63,840 nt of DNA, filler included, from Globobulimina sp. (GCA_003354225.1; 24 parts of 24 records of this genome joined end to end with filler, not necessarily neighbours in it), one strand, 5' to 3'; positions 32,484-45,386 are shown, numbered from the whole stretch's first letter. The notes: generated by a model not told the origin, from the letters alone. Made by a program: numbers and translations.

Positions 32484-34398
32484 ATGGGTTCAGATTTTAG
32501 TCTAGATATTAACGAATGTTATCCAATTGTACAACATTCGCCATATTGGACGATATGCGTTGCATTTATCACATCGACTATAATCCAGTTAATGACATAT
32601 ATATCTGGTCACGGAATGTTATCATGGTTTAAATCATGTATTCGATGCAGATGCTGTCGAAACAAAGTATATGATTTGTCGAAAACAAATAACTGGCGCC
32701 AATTGCCACCAATTATACAAATTACAAGTGTCAATCCATTCAAATCGAACAAAGAAGCTTCTGGCATTTATGGGACACTATTATTACATTCTTATGCTGA
32801 TAACAAACCATATTATAAATCGCGAACACCAACATCAGAGAATCAGAAATTCTATGAATTAAAATATATAAAACATGAGCTATATACTGGATGGACTTTG
32901 ATTGTTAAAAATGAAGAAAAATATAAATTCGACATGATACAAATTGATGGATTAGCAGACGATACAAATAATAAAAATGATTTAGAATTAGGATTATTAA
33001 CAGCTATGGACAGAGATATTGATGATGAAAAATATGGAGATATTGCGTTACGGGCATTAGATAAAAAAAGACATACTTTTCGATTGTTTCCCAAAACAAA
33101 ATACATTTTAAATGACACTTTCTGGAAAAATAACGTTCGAAAAACAGGTTTTGAACTTCGTCAAAGAGGCTGGGATATAAAATATGGTGGCAAAAAGAAG
33201 AAAAAAGCTGAAATTGAAAGAATGAAACAGACAGATTTCAAAATTGGTGACCATTGGATTCATTTCAAAGGTTTTCAAAAGTATACGCATAATGTGTGGA
33301 AGACGGAAACATTGGATGTGAATGGAAAGTATATACTGAACACAATAACAGATACAACAAAGAAGGCGGACGGTTTGAAAGAAGATAAAGATGTATCGGT
33401 TATATTTAATTTTGTTCATTCTATAAACAATGCTCTGACATTACGTTACAAAATGAAGTATCGTGGAAGCAAAAAACATTTGAAATTAATTAGCAGGAAA
33501 ATCACAATAAAACACACTGATTTGGAGATATTGGTTGAGATACATAACACCAAAGGTATAATATTTAAGGTTTACCAGCATAGATACACTAAATCGATGG
33601 CTATTTTATTAAGAATGCAGTCTCTGAGTAAAGCATCATTTTACAGAGCAGAAGTTATTACGTTGATATTGACGTTGCTGATATTGTGGCAGTATATTCA
33701 TGATTTCATATTTTTTATAAACTTTGTAAGTTTATCAAATACGCAACAGATTAGCAATTGGTTTGGCGGTGTTAGTTGGCCACAGTATGGAGTCAATAAT
33801 TGGACACGTTATGAATGTTTTGGATACATATTGACAAATTCAGGTGTGTACAGTGTAACATTTTGCGTAAAAAATTGAATTAAAAACGTTTGTATTTTAT
33901 TTAATTTGTTTGAAAGCGAATATGAAACAATATGTTGTATTTTTTTTATGTTGGGCTTGTTGTGGAGACTCATTTTTAGCGCGAAAATATACTTTTATTG
34001 GAAAGATATTTTTAGGATTTATTGCATTTCATTTTGTGTTGTTGGTACCAATATTTTTGACACATGTTGTGGTATATTGTTGTATTTATGCGTGGATACT
34101 GTTGGGTGTTGTGTTGGTGGTAGGATTAGTCATAGTTTTTGTAGAGTGGATGAGTAAAAAGATACAGTTTAGGATCATTGGTGCAAAATGGGGATATCTC
34201 ATATTGACTATATTGGCCATTCCAAGTTATATATTGTTGGTATTGTTTCCTGTGAGTACAATAAGTCGGTGGTATTCAACTGGCGATTATTTGAGTCCAT
34301 TGGTATCAGTTTTCAATGACAGGCATACAACCCAATATGTTGATGACTTGTTACATAAATATTATGCAATTCAACAGTTTTTTGTTTGGATATATTGA
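32484..34398 (+). CDS. Membrane protein of unknown function, intron at 33844-33916
   Basis: A phase-1 GT-AG intron joins the 464-aa and 162-aa ORFs. One N-terminal TM, a soluble middle and several C-terminal TMs. Confidence 0.65.
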
Positions 34399-34760
34399 AT
34401 TAAATGACTGCGAGGGTCGTAGCATCGTAGTGTTGATAGGTGGTTAGAACACCCATTTGACACGCGTGCGTTAGAACCACTTTAGAAACATGCTGCAGTG
34501 ATCACGCTGTCGTGACAACGGGTGTTTGTAATTATTTTGTATACNNNNNNNNNNNNNNNNNNNNNNNNNNNNNNNNNNNNNNNNNNNNTTAATTAATTAA
34601 NNNNNNNNNNNNNNNNNNNNNNNNNNNNNNNNNNNNNNNNNNNNGATTCCTCATAATTAGTTGTTGATGCTGATTGATTTAATACTAAATTATATTTATT
34701 TTTATATTTTGTCAATTAGTATTTGACAAACGTTAAAAGATAAATTATATTCAAAACAGA

Positions 34761-35711
34761 TTAGTAATTACTGCACAACATTTTTTTATTAGGAGAACAT
34801 GAAAAACATAATGAATATGTCATCACATGTTTTAATTTCAATATCTCAATAAATGATAATCTTTGTTTAGTTACAATTATATGATTTATATCCTGCTCAT
34901 CTTCAAATTCTTGATCCATGGACTCAGCATTGATCTGCTCATAAGGCTTTTTGTCGTGCTTTTTGTGTGGTGCTAATCGCAACGGATTGTCATCAGCAGC
35001 CGACTCATATGCATCTGACTCATTGTTTGGAGGATTTGTTTTGACGAAAATAAATACTAAAATGGACATAATCAATGCTTGAATGGATGGCAGATAAAAC
35101 ATCCATTCAATTGGTAGGTTTTTAGTCTGTGCAATTGTGACATAGACAGCACCCATAATATTACCAATACATCGATTTGAAGCCCATATACCAAATATAG
35201 CTCCATTGTGATTGGTATTGAACCACTTTGAAACTATTTTGACCGCAGTGGGCCAGCCTGCTGATTGGAATAAGCCGTTTAAGATCCAGATGATGTATAA
35301 CACTGAGAATGTGTATGTATGGATAAGAGTGAATATTATTAATATTGTTCCAGTACAAAATAAACCCAATGCATGGACACGTTTTGCATCCAATATGTCA
35401 CCCATTAAACCACTAAAATATTGACCAAATGCGTATGAAAATAAAAAAAAAGCATCCATTGCACCCTCTTCGTGTTTAGTGTAATTCCAACTGTGTTGCA
35501 TGCTTTTTTTTGCACTTAATTGAATTTTTGTGTTTTGATATCAGATATCAACAAAATTATGATGTATTTATTTTGCATTGGTATACGAGCAAGTTAACTC
35601 TGCAAATGATTGACGACATGCATGAAATGATGCATAACTAAGGAACGTGAGAATGAATACTGTGCCTTGTTGGATTTTAAACCCAGATGTGGATGCTAAA
35701 GACCTTTGCAT
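34761..35711 (-). CDS. MFS sugar-phosphate exchanger (SLC37/GlpT family), N-terminal half; intron at 35515-35598; 3' end uncertain
   Basis: FILTFLSYASFHACRQSF ... FLFSYAFGQYFSGLMGD ... NGLFQSAGWP..V..VSKWF...GAIFGIW...GNIMG. Confidence 0.88.
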
Positions 35712-36297
35712 TTTCTTCAGTGATCAAAACTTCTTTATTTTTCAACATAATATTGAGTGGATTACTATTTTTAAATTTTTAACACATTTCAGCATCTCAA
35801 TTTACTTAACTATTTTGTATAAAGCATTCAATGAAACATTATATTCGTTGTCAGTCTTATATTTAATAGTATGGTGTCTATGCCAACTAATCATTACATG
35901 TCTGTTGATACAATATTTCCAAAATGATATAATGAATATAATTGCAGACGAGATACGAGATGACAGCTCAAGATACAATTTCACATTTGTAGTATTTTAT
36001 TAATTATTGCTGCATTGTAATTCTTGTATTATTTATGTTGCCGACATTATTGTATTACTAATATGCAGCGTCTATTACTATTATTCCACTTTTATACAGC
36101 AGCTTTATCCACTTGTACGTACTTATTTTTTTCAAATCTGTGACAAAGTTATAGGTTAAATTAATAATAAATAATAATAATATCCATCTAATTGCAGTTG
36201 ATTGGTGATTGCAGCTACATTTCATAATTCATAATCTGCCGGAATTTTCCACTAATTATATCAACTTAACACTTTATTAGTTATTAATTATTAGCAG

Positions 36298-37208
36298 TTG
36301 CTTAGATCTCGAAACAAGATGACTTCTAAGATGATATTATTAATAATATTGTTGTCGTATGTAATAAATACAGTGCTCTTTTGGTTTTGCGCATTTTCGA
36401 TTGCCCTCATTTGTGTGGCTTGGAAAGTATTGGATTGGAAATTAACATTTTTTATCTTTGTTTCCAGGTTAATTTATTTTATTTATCAAGCATTTCATTG
36501 GAAATCAAATTATGAGGAACCCACCAAATTAAAGCATGAAAAACATGATAAATATTTGAAAGAAATAATTTCAAATAATATGTCAGTTTCAGATAAGATT
36601 GACGTGGACAGATCAATTGATTGTGATGTATTAATAATTGGCTGTGGTTGGTCCGGAATTATTATGGCAAAATATTGTCATGAAAATAATCTATCATTTA
36701 AAATACTTGAAAAAAGAAACTGTATTGGTGGTATTTGGAGTTATACGGAACAGAACAATGTGACAAGTGTTATGTCCAAAATAGAATCATCTTCGCCAAT
36801 AAACTCTACAGAAACAGTTAATATGCAAATTAAAACTGCTAACTCTAAAGCAAGTTTCTTCCAACATCAAGAAGCTTATCAACATTTAAACAATTTTATA
36901 AACAATAATAAATATTTCAAAAACAACATTATTTTAAATGTCGATAGTCAGAGTCAAAAACTTATTTATGTCAAAAGCCAAAAAACTTGGAATATTTATT
37001 ACAAAAAGAATGGTGATAATGACATTAACCAAAAAGAAATTAAATGTAAATTTATGGCAATGGCAAATGGTTTCTTTGGAGAGCCATTATATAATAGTAA
37101 TATTTTAATGAATAATAATGATGAATATTTTACTTTTTTAAACAAAATTGCAAGTACACCCAATAAACATATTAACGAAATTAAATTAGAAATGAATAAA
37201 AGACCAAC
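36298..37208 (+). CDS. Flavin-containing monooxygenase-like protein preceded by TM helices, 3'-partial
   Basis: VLIIGCGWSG (GxGxxG), ILEKRNCIGGIW and a later AMANG (ATG-like) motif. Confidence 0.75.
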
Positions 37209-37562
37209 NNNNNNNNNNNNNNNNNNNNNNNNNNNNNNNNNNNNNNNNNNNNTTAATTAATTAANNNNNNNNNNNNNNNNNNNNNNNNNNNNNNNNNNNN
37301 NNNNNNNNTAATATTGCGATTGAGGACATTGATTCAAAATGGATTTTTGCAGATAAATATTTTAAAATAGCATTTACGTTACAAAATGATATGAATCGTT
37401 TCTCAAAAACGTTTCTGAAAAAACATATAACTATAACTTATTAAACTGCATCGTATGCTGACGGTGATTTTGTTTGGTGGCGGTGGGTAATCTGACAATT
37501 GATTATATTAAATATGTTTGCGTTGTTTCCTAGTTAATATGACTATTACTTACGAGTTACGA

Positions 37563-39758
37563 CTAAATCAAATGGTCACACAAATAATACGCTTTTGGTT
37601 GTTTTGATATTGTTTCAAAGTCATTCAGTTTATTTTGAAATGAATTGAGCCATATTTTGAACTTTAAGAATGAACTAAATTGCGATAATATTGGTACAAT
37701 ATAGCTATTATATTTTATATATTTTGTAGATGTTGACGCAGTCTCTGTAAACCCATCTAAAACGTCCATAAATCTCTCCATTTTGCTGCAATACTTTACT
37801 AATTTCGCATGTTTGCCTTGTTTACTTAGTCCCGATAATTCTTCACAAGCTAATTTAGCTTCGCGTAATCCGCCCAAATCATCAATTAATCCGATTCCCA
37901 GTGCTTGCTGTCCCGTAAATACTTTTCCCTGCGCTATATCCCGCACATAATCCATTGACATATCCCTTCCAACAGACACTCGATGCATAAATATCGAGTA
38001 TAAATTATCAATCATTGTCACATATCTTTCTTGCAATTTATCCCTCGGATATTCAAAACTTGATAAGATATCCGAATTATCCCCAAATTTAATCGATTCA
38101 TCATAATTTATATTCAATTTCTCAGTCAATAATTCGTTGATTGATAGCGACATCATAACAACACCGATACTCCCCGTAATTGTGCCGGGTAAAGCATATA
38201 TTTTATCTGCGGCGGATGCAATATAATACCCGCCCGACGCACACATATCACCCATCGACACAACGATAGGTTTATTCCCATTGCTTTTTGCATCATACAC
38301 TGCGTTCCAAATGGACTCAGAGGCAATGGCGTCGCCGCCGGGACTGTCAATACGTAGTAAAATAGCCACCACATCCTCTGAGTTGGCAGCAGAATGTATT
38401 AATTCTTCGATGGTATCCGAACCACAGCTCCTTCCCTCAGACTCACCATTTCTTATTTCACCGCTGATATTTATCAAAGCAATCTCTTTTTCATTCTCGT
38501 CCTCTTCATCTTCATCTTCATTCTCATTCTCTTTGTTATCACTTATTTTATTTAATTTCATCACACCATCCTTCAATTGCGTATTTTTTGAGGTGATAAA
38601 TTTCCAGAAACTTTTTTTCTTTTTCTTTTTATTTTTGCGTCGCATTGCAAATTCATACGATCTTAAATATTCCTTTGGTGACAAGAACAATATATCTTTG
38701 TCCTGATCGTGGATCTGTTTATAGCCCAATTCAGATAATCGAAGTTGATAATCGCTCCATTGCATAGCATCGGTAATCAATCCCTTCTCGATGGCTTCGC
38801 TCGTAATATACGGTGCATTGTCAACAACATTCCTCATTTCTGCCATACTTTTATTGGTTTTTAACTGCATTATGTTCAAAAATTGGAAATATAAATCATT
38901 GCCCAAACTGGAGAGTGATTCTTTGTGTTCCGACGACATTTTTTCTTCGGTAAACATATCGGCGAAATTTTTATATTTTTCGCGTTTTAATACATATGGT
39001 TTTATGCCGCATGAAGACAATAAATGTTTAAAAAATAATTGCGGGAAACTGAAGCCAAAAATATTTAAAATTGCAGATTCCATTAAATAAAATTCGTCAC
39101 AAATGGTTGATAATAGATATTCTTTGATATCTACAGATTTGCCATAACTTAGTATGAATTTACTTTGATTTTTATTTTTAAATCGTTTTAGTTCCGCACG
39201 TAATTCCTGTATGGAGGCAAAACCGATATCGGTGCCATTGTCCATAATTAAGGATATTCCCAATACATTGGCATCATTGCAGGCGTATTGTAGGCATTTT
39301 TTTAATTTTAAAAAAGAAATTGATCGCTTATTGTCGCTTACTATTGAACTAAAATCTAAATTTGATGATGAATGAATGGATGAACACACAATATTTAATA
39401 CTTTGAATGCATTGTTTTGTTCCACCATCTCTTTTTTTGTATTTTTCCAAAATAAGAATATCAATGTCCAGACCACTGCAATGGGGGTAAAATAAAGCAT
39501 TGCAAATATGTATCTCCATCGCGATTTTTTCGAATTTTTATGTACGACATTTAATTGTTTTTGGATTATTTGTAATTGATTTATTAATTCTGTGTTATTA
39601 GTTGATGTGTTGGTGTTGGTATTGGATGATGTACAAAATCGACAGTGCACTGCTTTTTGTAATGATTGTATTGGAGGGCATTTATAACGATTCCGAGCGA
39701 ATCGATTAACATTGAATGTATTCAAAACTCTGTAAGACCTACGAAGCAAAGACGACAT
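37563..39758 (-). CDS. sppA: Signal peptide peptidase SppA (protease IV, long S49 type) with a mitochondrial presequence-like N-terminus
   Basis: REKYKNF (catalytic Lys region), LRIDSPGGDAIASESIW, SMGDMCASGGYYIA, TITGSIGV, IAQGKVFTGQQA..GLIDDLGGL. The N-terminus is Arg/Ser-rich and lacks acidic residues. Confidence 0.93.
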   Translation of the reverse strand: MSSLLRRSYRVLNTFNVNRFARNRYKCPPIQSLQKAVHCRFCTSSNTNTNTSTNNTELINQLQIIQKQLNVVHKNSKKSRWRYIFAMLYFTPIAVVWTLIFLFWKNTKKEMVEQNNAFKVLNIVCSSIHSSSNLDFSSIVSDNKRSISFLKLKKCLQYACNDANVLGISLIMDNGTDIGFASIQELRAELKRFKNKNQSKFILSYGKSVDIKEYLLSTICDEFYLMESAILNIFGFSFPQLFFKHLLSSCGIKPYVLKREKYKNFADMFTEEKMSSEHKESLSSLGNDLYFQFLNIMQLKTNKSMAEMRNVVDNAPYITSEAIEKGLITDAMQWSDYQLRLSELGYKQIHDQDKDILFLSPKEYLRSYEFAMRRKNKKKKKKSFWKFITSKNTQLKDGVMKLNKISDNKENENEDEDEEDENEKEIALINISGEIRNGESEGRSCGSDTIEELIHSAANSEDVVAILLRIDSPGGDAIASESIWNAVYDAKSNGNKPIVVSMGDMCASGGYYIASAADKIYALPGTITGSIGVVMMSLSINELLTEKLNINYDESIKFGDNSDILSSFEYPRDKLQERYVTMIDNLYSIFMHRVSVGRDMSMDYVRDIAQGKVFTGQQALGIGLIDDLGGLREAKLACEELSGLSKQGKHAKLVKYCSKMERFMDVLDGFTETASTSTKYIKYNSYIVPILSQFSSFLKFKIWLNSFQNKLNDFETISKQPKAYYLCDHLI

Positions 39759-39972
39759 TGTAAACTGATGGGATTGTTGAAAAGTGCAAGCAAAATTGTA
39801 ATGTTTGTAGTTTTGTTGACGTACAATAGCGATATTAAAATTGAAATGCAGTCTTAGTTGACGTACAATAGCNNNNNNNNNNNNNNNNNNNNNNNNNNNN
39901 NNNNNNNNNNNNNNNNTTAATTAATTAANNNNNNNNNNNNNNNNNNNNNNNNNNNNNNNNNNNNNNNNNNNN

Positions 39973-40281
39973 ACTTAGTCTTTTTGCGCGTGCAATTGTG
40001 CCATTTTGTTTTTCTTCTCTCATAAACGCATTTATTAATCGTGCACAATCTTGTTGTTGTAATGCATATAAATCTCTTTGTTTCAGTATAAACTCTGCCA
40101 CTTTTCTAATACGAATGTGTTCAGGATTTAAATATTTGTTTACTAATTCATTGGTTGGCAACCATTGATAGATATGACTTAATAAATCATCTGAACCTAT
40201 TACTCTGCTCTTGTTACAGTAGATACTCATTGATACCATGTTTAAAGTCATAATAATAATAATAATACATTTAGTTAACAT
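39973..40281 (-). CDS. Putative secreted protein with an F-box-like motif, 3'-partial
   Basis: Hydrophobic N-terminus followed by SDDLLSHIYQWLPTNELV. Confidence 0.45.
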
Positions 40282-41002
40282 TGGATTGGATGGGTATAGG
40301 TAGTGTTAGGTACCACTTTTAAATGTTTGATTGAATTGAAGTGCGAATTTGCATTGTAAAATAATTTAATTTGTAATATGTGACAGCTGCGCATATTGAC
40401 CAAAACAATATTTTCCCACAATTTATTTGATGCTGTAAGTAAGAGTCATAAATACAAGAATGATGTGGATGTCTGAAACAAGCCTCGTTGAAGAAGTATT
40501 ATTGCATGAATGATGAAGTTGAATTTCCGATGCTCGCCATTTGGAATATGTATACCAGAAAGTATCTCTTTTCTGGTACTTACTATCCTATACTAAGCGG
40601 TAATGATTGGCCATTTATTCACGTATTTGGCCAAACAAACAACAACAAAAAGCAAGAGTTTCTCTTCATAATTTCTTTCCTCTTAACGGGAATATCATCC
40701 ATCTGAAAGAAATAACCTATTCACCATACATTATGCATGCATTTAATATGTGATCCTTCGAGGTTAGGAAGTGTGGTGGTTGTTGTTTGCTGATTATTGT
40801 GTAATTCATGTTTATCACCACTGGCTTCTTTACGACCAAACATCTAAAGAGCATTATGATTATTCAGGGCTTCGCTTGCTCGCTATTCGCAATATATCCA
40901 AACAATTCATCAACTTCCGATTTTTTTTTTGTTTAGATTGTAATTCTATCTTACTTTTGAAAATTGCCTGTCATACTTCAATTTTAACGATTTTATAATT
41001 AC

Positions 41003-42403
41003 GTGACACTAGTTACACTCATCATGGGTCCGTTCTTATTTATTGTTTCTCTTTTGATGCAGGTGATGACCGCTGAATTTAATATTACTTTTCAAAAATT
41101 AGACTTTCAAACACATGACGATGTATCGCAATCCGTATCTGGTATTTGGAATGATACTTTATTTTTATTTGCTGGAATCAACGATGGAGCAAATCCAGTT
41201 TCTTCTGCATGGTCGACATATTCAATCATTCAACGCAATGGCAACCATGGCAAAGTAATTTAACATTTATTTGTGGTTCTCAATGTTATACACAAATTCA
41301 ACAAAATATTTATTTTTATCAAAACTACAAAGAACAGTTTTCAGAGTTAACTATATTTAATATGCAAACAAAAGCTTTTTCTTATTATCGATCATCAAAT
41401 GCATTGACTGGATGCTGTGTGGTGACTGACAATGTATGTATATTTATATTGGGTGGTAGCACCGCATCAGAACCTAATGTATAATATATCATCAAGAAAA
41501 TGGCTCAAAAATGGTGTTAATCTGACAATTGCCAGGCAAGACGCTGGCTGTTCCATTGATGGTAACAATATTATTTATGTATTTGGTGGCTATGGATATG
41601 ACATAACATGCAATGATTCGTTAAATGTGGCAAATAGTGTTGAACAATATGTTGTCAATGCGACAAAGAAAAAATGGAAGTTATTGAATTTTACTTTATC
41701 TTTAAATCGATTCAATGCATATTGTTTTCGGAATAAATATAATGGTTTGATATATTGTATTGGTGGACGTACCTGTATAAAAAATGAAAATAAATTACAT
41801 AATATCAAGTTTATTCCAACAAACAGCACAGAAATATTTAATCCAACACTGTTAAACTCCACATTAATTGTACCGTCTTTGATTGTTAGCACCTATGGAT
41901 TTGCACCATCATTTTATCAAACATTAGAATTTAGCGCAATATTTCTTTCTGGTGGCAATTGGGATGAAACACAGATGTTACCCAAAACAATGCAATATTA
42001 TATTCTCCAGGCTAATACCACAAAGTTCCCAACACCTACCCCCACATCGCCACCCACAGCAAAACCAACACCAACTCCCACATCACCACCCACAACAACG
42101 CCCACATCATCACCCACAACAACGCCCACATCATCACCCACACTACCACCCACAACAAAACCAACACCTACACCACATAAACATGAATGGACTGTTCAAT
42201 TGTTTGGATTTAATTTGAATATGTGGCAATTGATTTTATTTTGCAGTGGTATTTGTGTCGTATTGTTCATATTTATTACTGCTGTCACGAAATATTGTTG
42301 CAGAAAAAACAAAGAAATGTTGGATATTCATGATGAAATTCAAAATGAGGGCATTGTTGAAAATGAAAATTTGAACGATGATGTCACTCAATATATAAAT
42401 TAA
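41003..42403 (+). pseudogene. Type-I membrane Kelch-repeat protein with a Pro/Thr stalk, split by two frameshifts (about 41210 and 41475)
   Basis: Signal peptide, Kelch blades (FILGG, YVFGG, YCIGG, FLSGG), PT repeats and a TM helix spread over three overlapping ORFs, with no obvious intron that repairs the frame. Confidence 0.65.
42040..42175 (+). repeat. Imperfect coding tandem repeat of about 24 nt (PTSSPTTT-like)
   Basis: About five variants of cccacatcatcacccacaacaacg. Confidence 0.8.
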
Positions 42404-42636
42404 AGAGAATGGGTCATTTGTTGGAATATCCCCTTATGTGCGAGGATAGAAAATGACCGCATGCTCATTCACATTTTTTGTTTGAACATATAATTTTATA
42501 ACTCTTGAGTATTGAAAAAAAATATATATTCACTTTNNNNNNNNNNNNNNNNNNNNNNNNNNNNNNNNNNNNNNNNNNNNTTAATTAATTAANNNNNNNN
42601 NNNNNNNNNNNNNNNNNNNNNNNNNNNNNNNNNNNN

Positions 42637-43262
42637 TCGGCGACCTCTTCTTCTATATCTCTCGGTACAGCGATGTCCACCATAAAGATCGGACGATGCT
42701 TGCGTTTACGTAACGCCCTCTCCACCGTACCTTTGCCAACGATAGGTAAGGGTGAGGCTGTAGATGATATCAGAATATCGGCATGGGCCAGCTCCTGGGG
42801 AATATCCTCAAGCAACACTGCCTTAGCCGAAAACTGCTCCGCCAAAGCATTGGCTCTAGCCTGGGTTCGGTTAGCAACTACGATCTCACGCACCCCAGCA
42901 TCGACCAGATGACGCGTGACCAGCTCTATAGTTTCACCGGCTCCAATCAACAGCGCTTTACTTTGACTGATATCAGAAAAAATATTCTGAGCCAAAGAAA
43001 CAGCGGCATAAGCCACAGACACGGGGTTTTGGCCAATACTGGTCTGGGTTCGCACCTGTTTGGCAACCTTGAAAGATTGACGAAACAATCGTCCCAATTC
43101 CGGCCCTATCGCGTCCGCCTCAACGGCCAGATTAAAAGCAGACTTTAACTGCCCGAGAATTTGTGGCTCACCCAAAACCAACGAATCGAGACCACAGGCC
43201 ACACGCATCATATGTTGCACCGCATCAATATCCTGATGCCGATAAGTACAATCATTGAGCAT
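42637..43262 (-). CDS. hemA: Bacterial glutamyl-tRNA reductase, internal fragment (gammaproteobacterial-like)
   Basis: [49 protein letters not shown] and [10 protein letters not shown]. The N-terminus is lost at an abrupt junction with AT-rich DNA. Confidence 0.96.
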
Positions 43263-43264
43263 CT

Positions 43265-45199
43265 AAATAATAGATATGATGAACCCAAACAAAACAATCA
43301 TTAATAACGAAAATGTTAAAGCTGACCAATTTAATTTTAGTTTTAAAAAAAATACAAAACTATCACAAGGTAATTTGGAAAAATTAAATCAAGATAGAAA
43401 CCAAGAGCTGCGACAACAATTAAATCCATGGTCCATGCGCCGAATCGTTATGAATTTTGCATTTCCGTTTGCGAAAGACAATGAACCACCTAAATTTGCG
43501 AGATATTATAACCAAAAACAGATACAAATAATATTGAACAAATCGCCATCAATTAAAGTATTAAATCCTATCATTAGAAAGCAAATTACAGATTATATTC
43601 ATGGATCAACTGAAGTCACCCAAACAAAGTGGGTTTGCCTCCATTATCACGTCGACTCAGGTAATTGTGGACCAATACAACGGTCACAAGCGATGTGTGG
43701 AAATGTATCCTTTGGCCATAATTGTAATGCATTCAATGAAAAAAAAATGATTACGCGTGAAACAAATAAGACGCAGAAAATGAATGAACAAACAAACAAA
43801 TCAAAATCAAAAATGGCAGATACAAATATCAGACTTTATATTTATAAATTAAAATTATCATGGTAATTTGTATATCAGACAGATTTAGAACAAAATGAGA
43901 ATTTAGAACGTTATCATAAACAATGTATGATCAGATTGTATAAAATTTATGAAATTATCAAAATGTTAAATGAAAATCAAATAAAAATATAATAATAATG
44001 TCATATGTGTTGACAAAATTTAACATTTATTAAGTAATTTATCTGAGTGAGTGTTGTGGACTTTTTTATAAATCCCTGTATTTTTTAACTTACTTCACTT
44101 ACTAATAACACCTTGCCAAAATTATTAGGCACAAACAACACACAAATCAAACAAAACTAGATAGTCACCACGGACAACCCAAACAATAAGCTCAAACCGT
44201 GTTTAAATTACCGGCTAACAGAAGACATTAATTCAAGAGTCCAAATCTTATACGGAAACTTCAATCTACGACAAAGAGATATAATTTATCATTTTATCCG
44301 CGATCTGCCATTTAAGACATTAATTCGAATTTATCAAATTAGTAAATTTGAATTTAATCGCAACGAGTCTATGATAAGAGACAAAATCACAATTGTCTTG
44401 AATCAAAATTTAGTATATTTCTATTATTTATTATTAGTAATATTTGTTGATATCGTTACGAGCGGCAGCACGAATTTACAGGCGGTGGAAATTAACTATT
44501 CAGAATATATCCGCGAATTCTATCCTTTTTTCACAGAATCTCCTGATTTAGCATTAACTCAAACACTTGAAGACTCGGCCATTCGTGTTGTTCAAAAATA
44601 TACAAAAAAATATATTACATAAAATTATTGTCGAATATTTATATCCAACATCGGCAAGACTTAGCCCGTCAGATAATATTTTTGACGTATTAAGCCTTCG
44701 CGTACAAACCTTCTTTATCAACCATTCCCGATTAGTAATAACAAGGACCCCACGAAGAAGACAATGAGATCATTTAAAGACAATAACAATAAAAAAATAA
44801 ATCAAACAAAGAATATTAAATCTGGAGTGATGAATCGCAACAGAGATAATATTATATTTACGTCAGAGGGTTCCATTGAACCAAATTTCCACCAAATTGA
44901 CCGTAAAACATTGATGAGTGGTATATTTTATCAAAAATGCATTAAAAATTGATGAGTGGGAAATAAATAAAAAAGTATATAAAATTAATAAAAATGCATC
45001 AAAATTATTATTGTGTCAAATAATCGCAATTAATTCGCGAAGACCAAATAAATGTATTAAAAATATTAATGCAATCAAAGATATATCATTACGCGATCTA
45101 ATCCCATATCATCCAAAGTATAATGAAAAACCATTAAGTTTTAGTCAAGAAATAATAGATATGATGAACGCAAACAAAACAATCATTAATAACGAAAAT
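43265..45199 (+). repeat. AT-rich 1885-bp unit bounded by a 50-bp direct repeat (43265-43314 and 45150-45199), carrying fragmented plus-strand ORFs
   Basis: aaataatagatatgatgaac(c/g)caaacaaaacaatcattaataacgaaaat occurs at both ends with one mismatch. Confidence 0.8.
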
Positions 45200-45386
45200 N
45201 NNNNNNNNNNNNNNNNNNNNNNNNNNNNNNNNNNNNNNNNNNNTTAATTAATTAANNNNNNNNNNNNNNNNNNNNNNNNNNNNNNNNNNNNNNNNNNNNA
45301 CGATCTCGCGTGTATACCTTTGTTTCATTATGGTGTTGATAATGCCTTTAATAATTAACGACTTCTGCTGTGCAATTTTGCCGTTG

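Noticed and set aside
34412-34525. GC-richer stretch with an A-box-like GGTGGTTAGAAC as a tRNA or ncRNA
   Set aside because: No T-loop GTTCRA and no cloverleaf could be built by eye.
39815-39872. 16-nt direct repeat gttgacgtacaatagc
   Set aside because: The second copy is the very end of the contig, so it is likely an end artefact.
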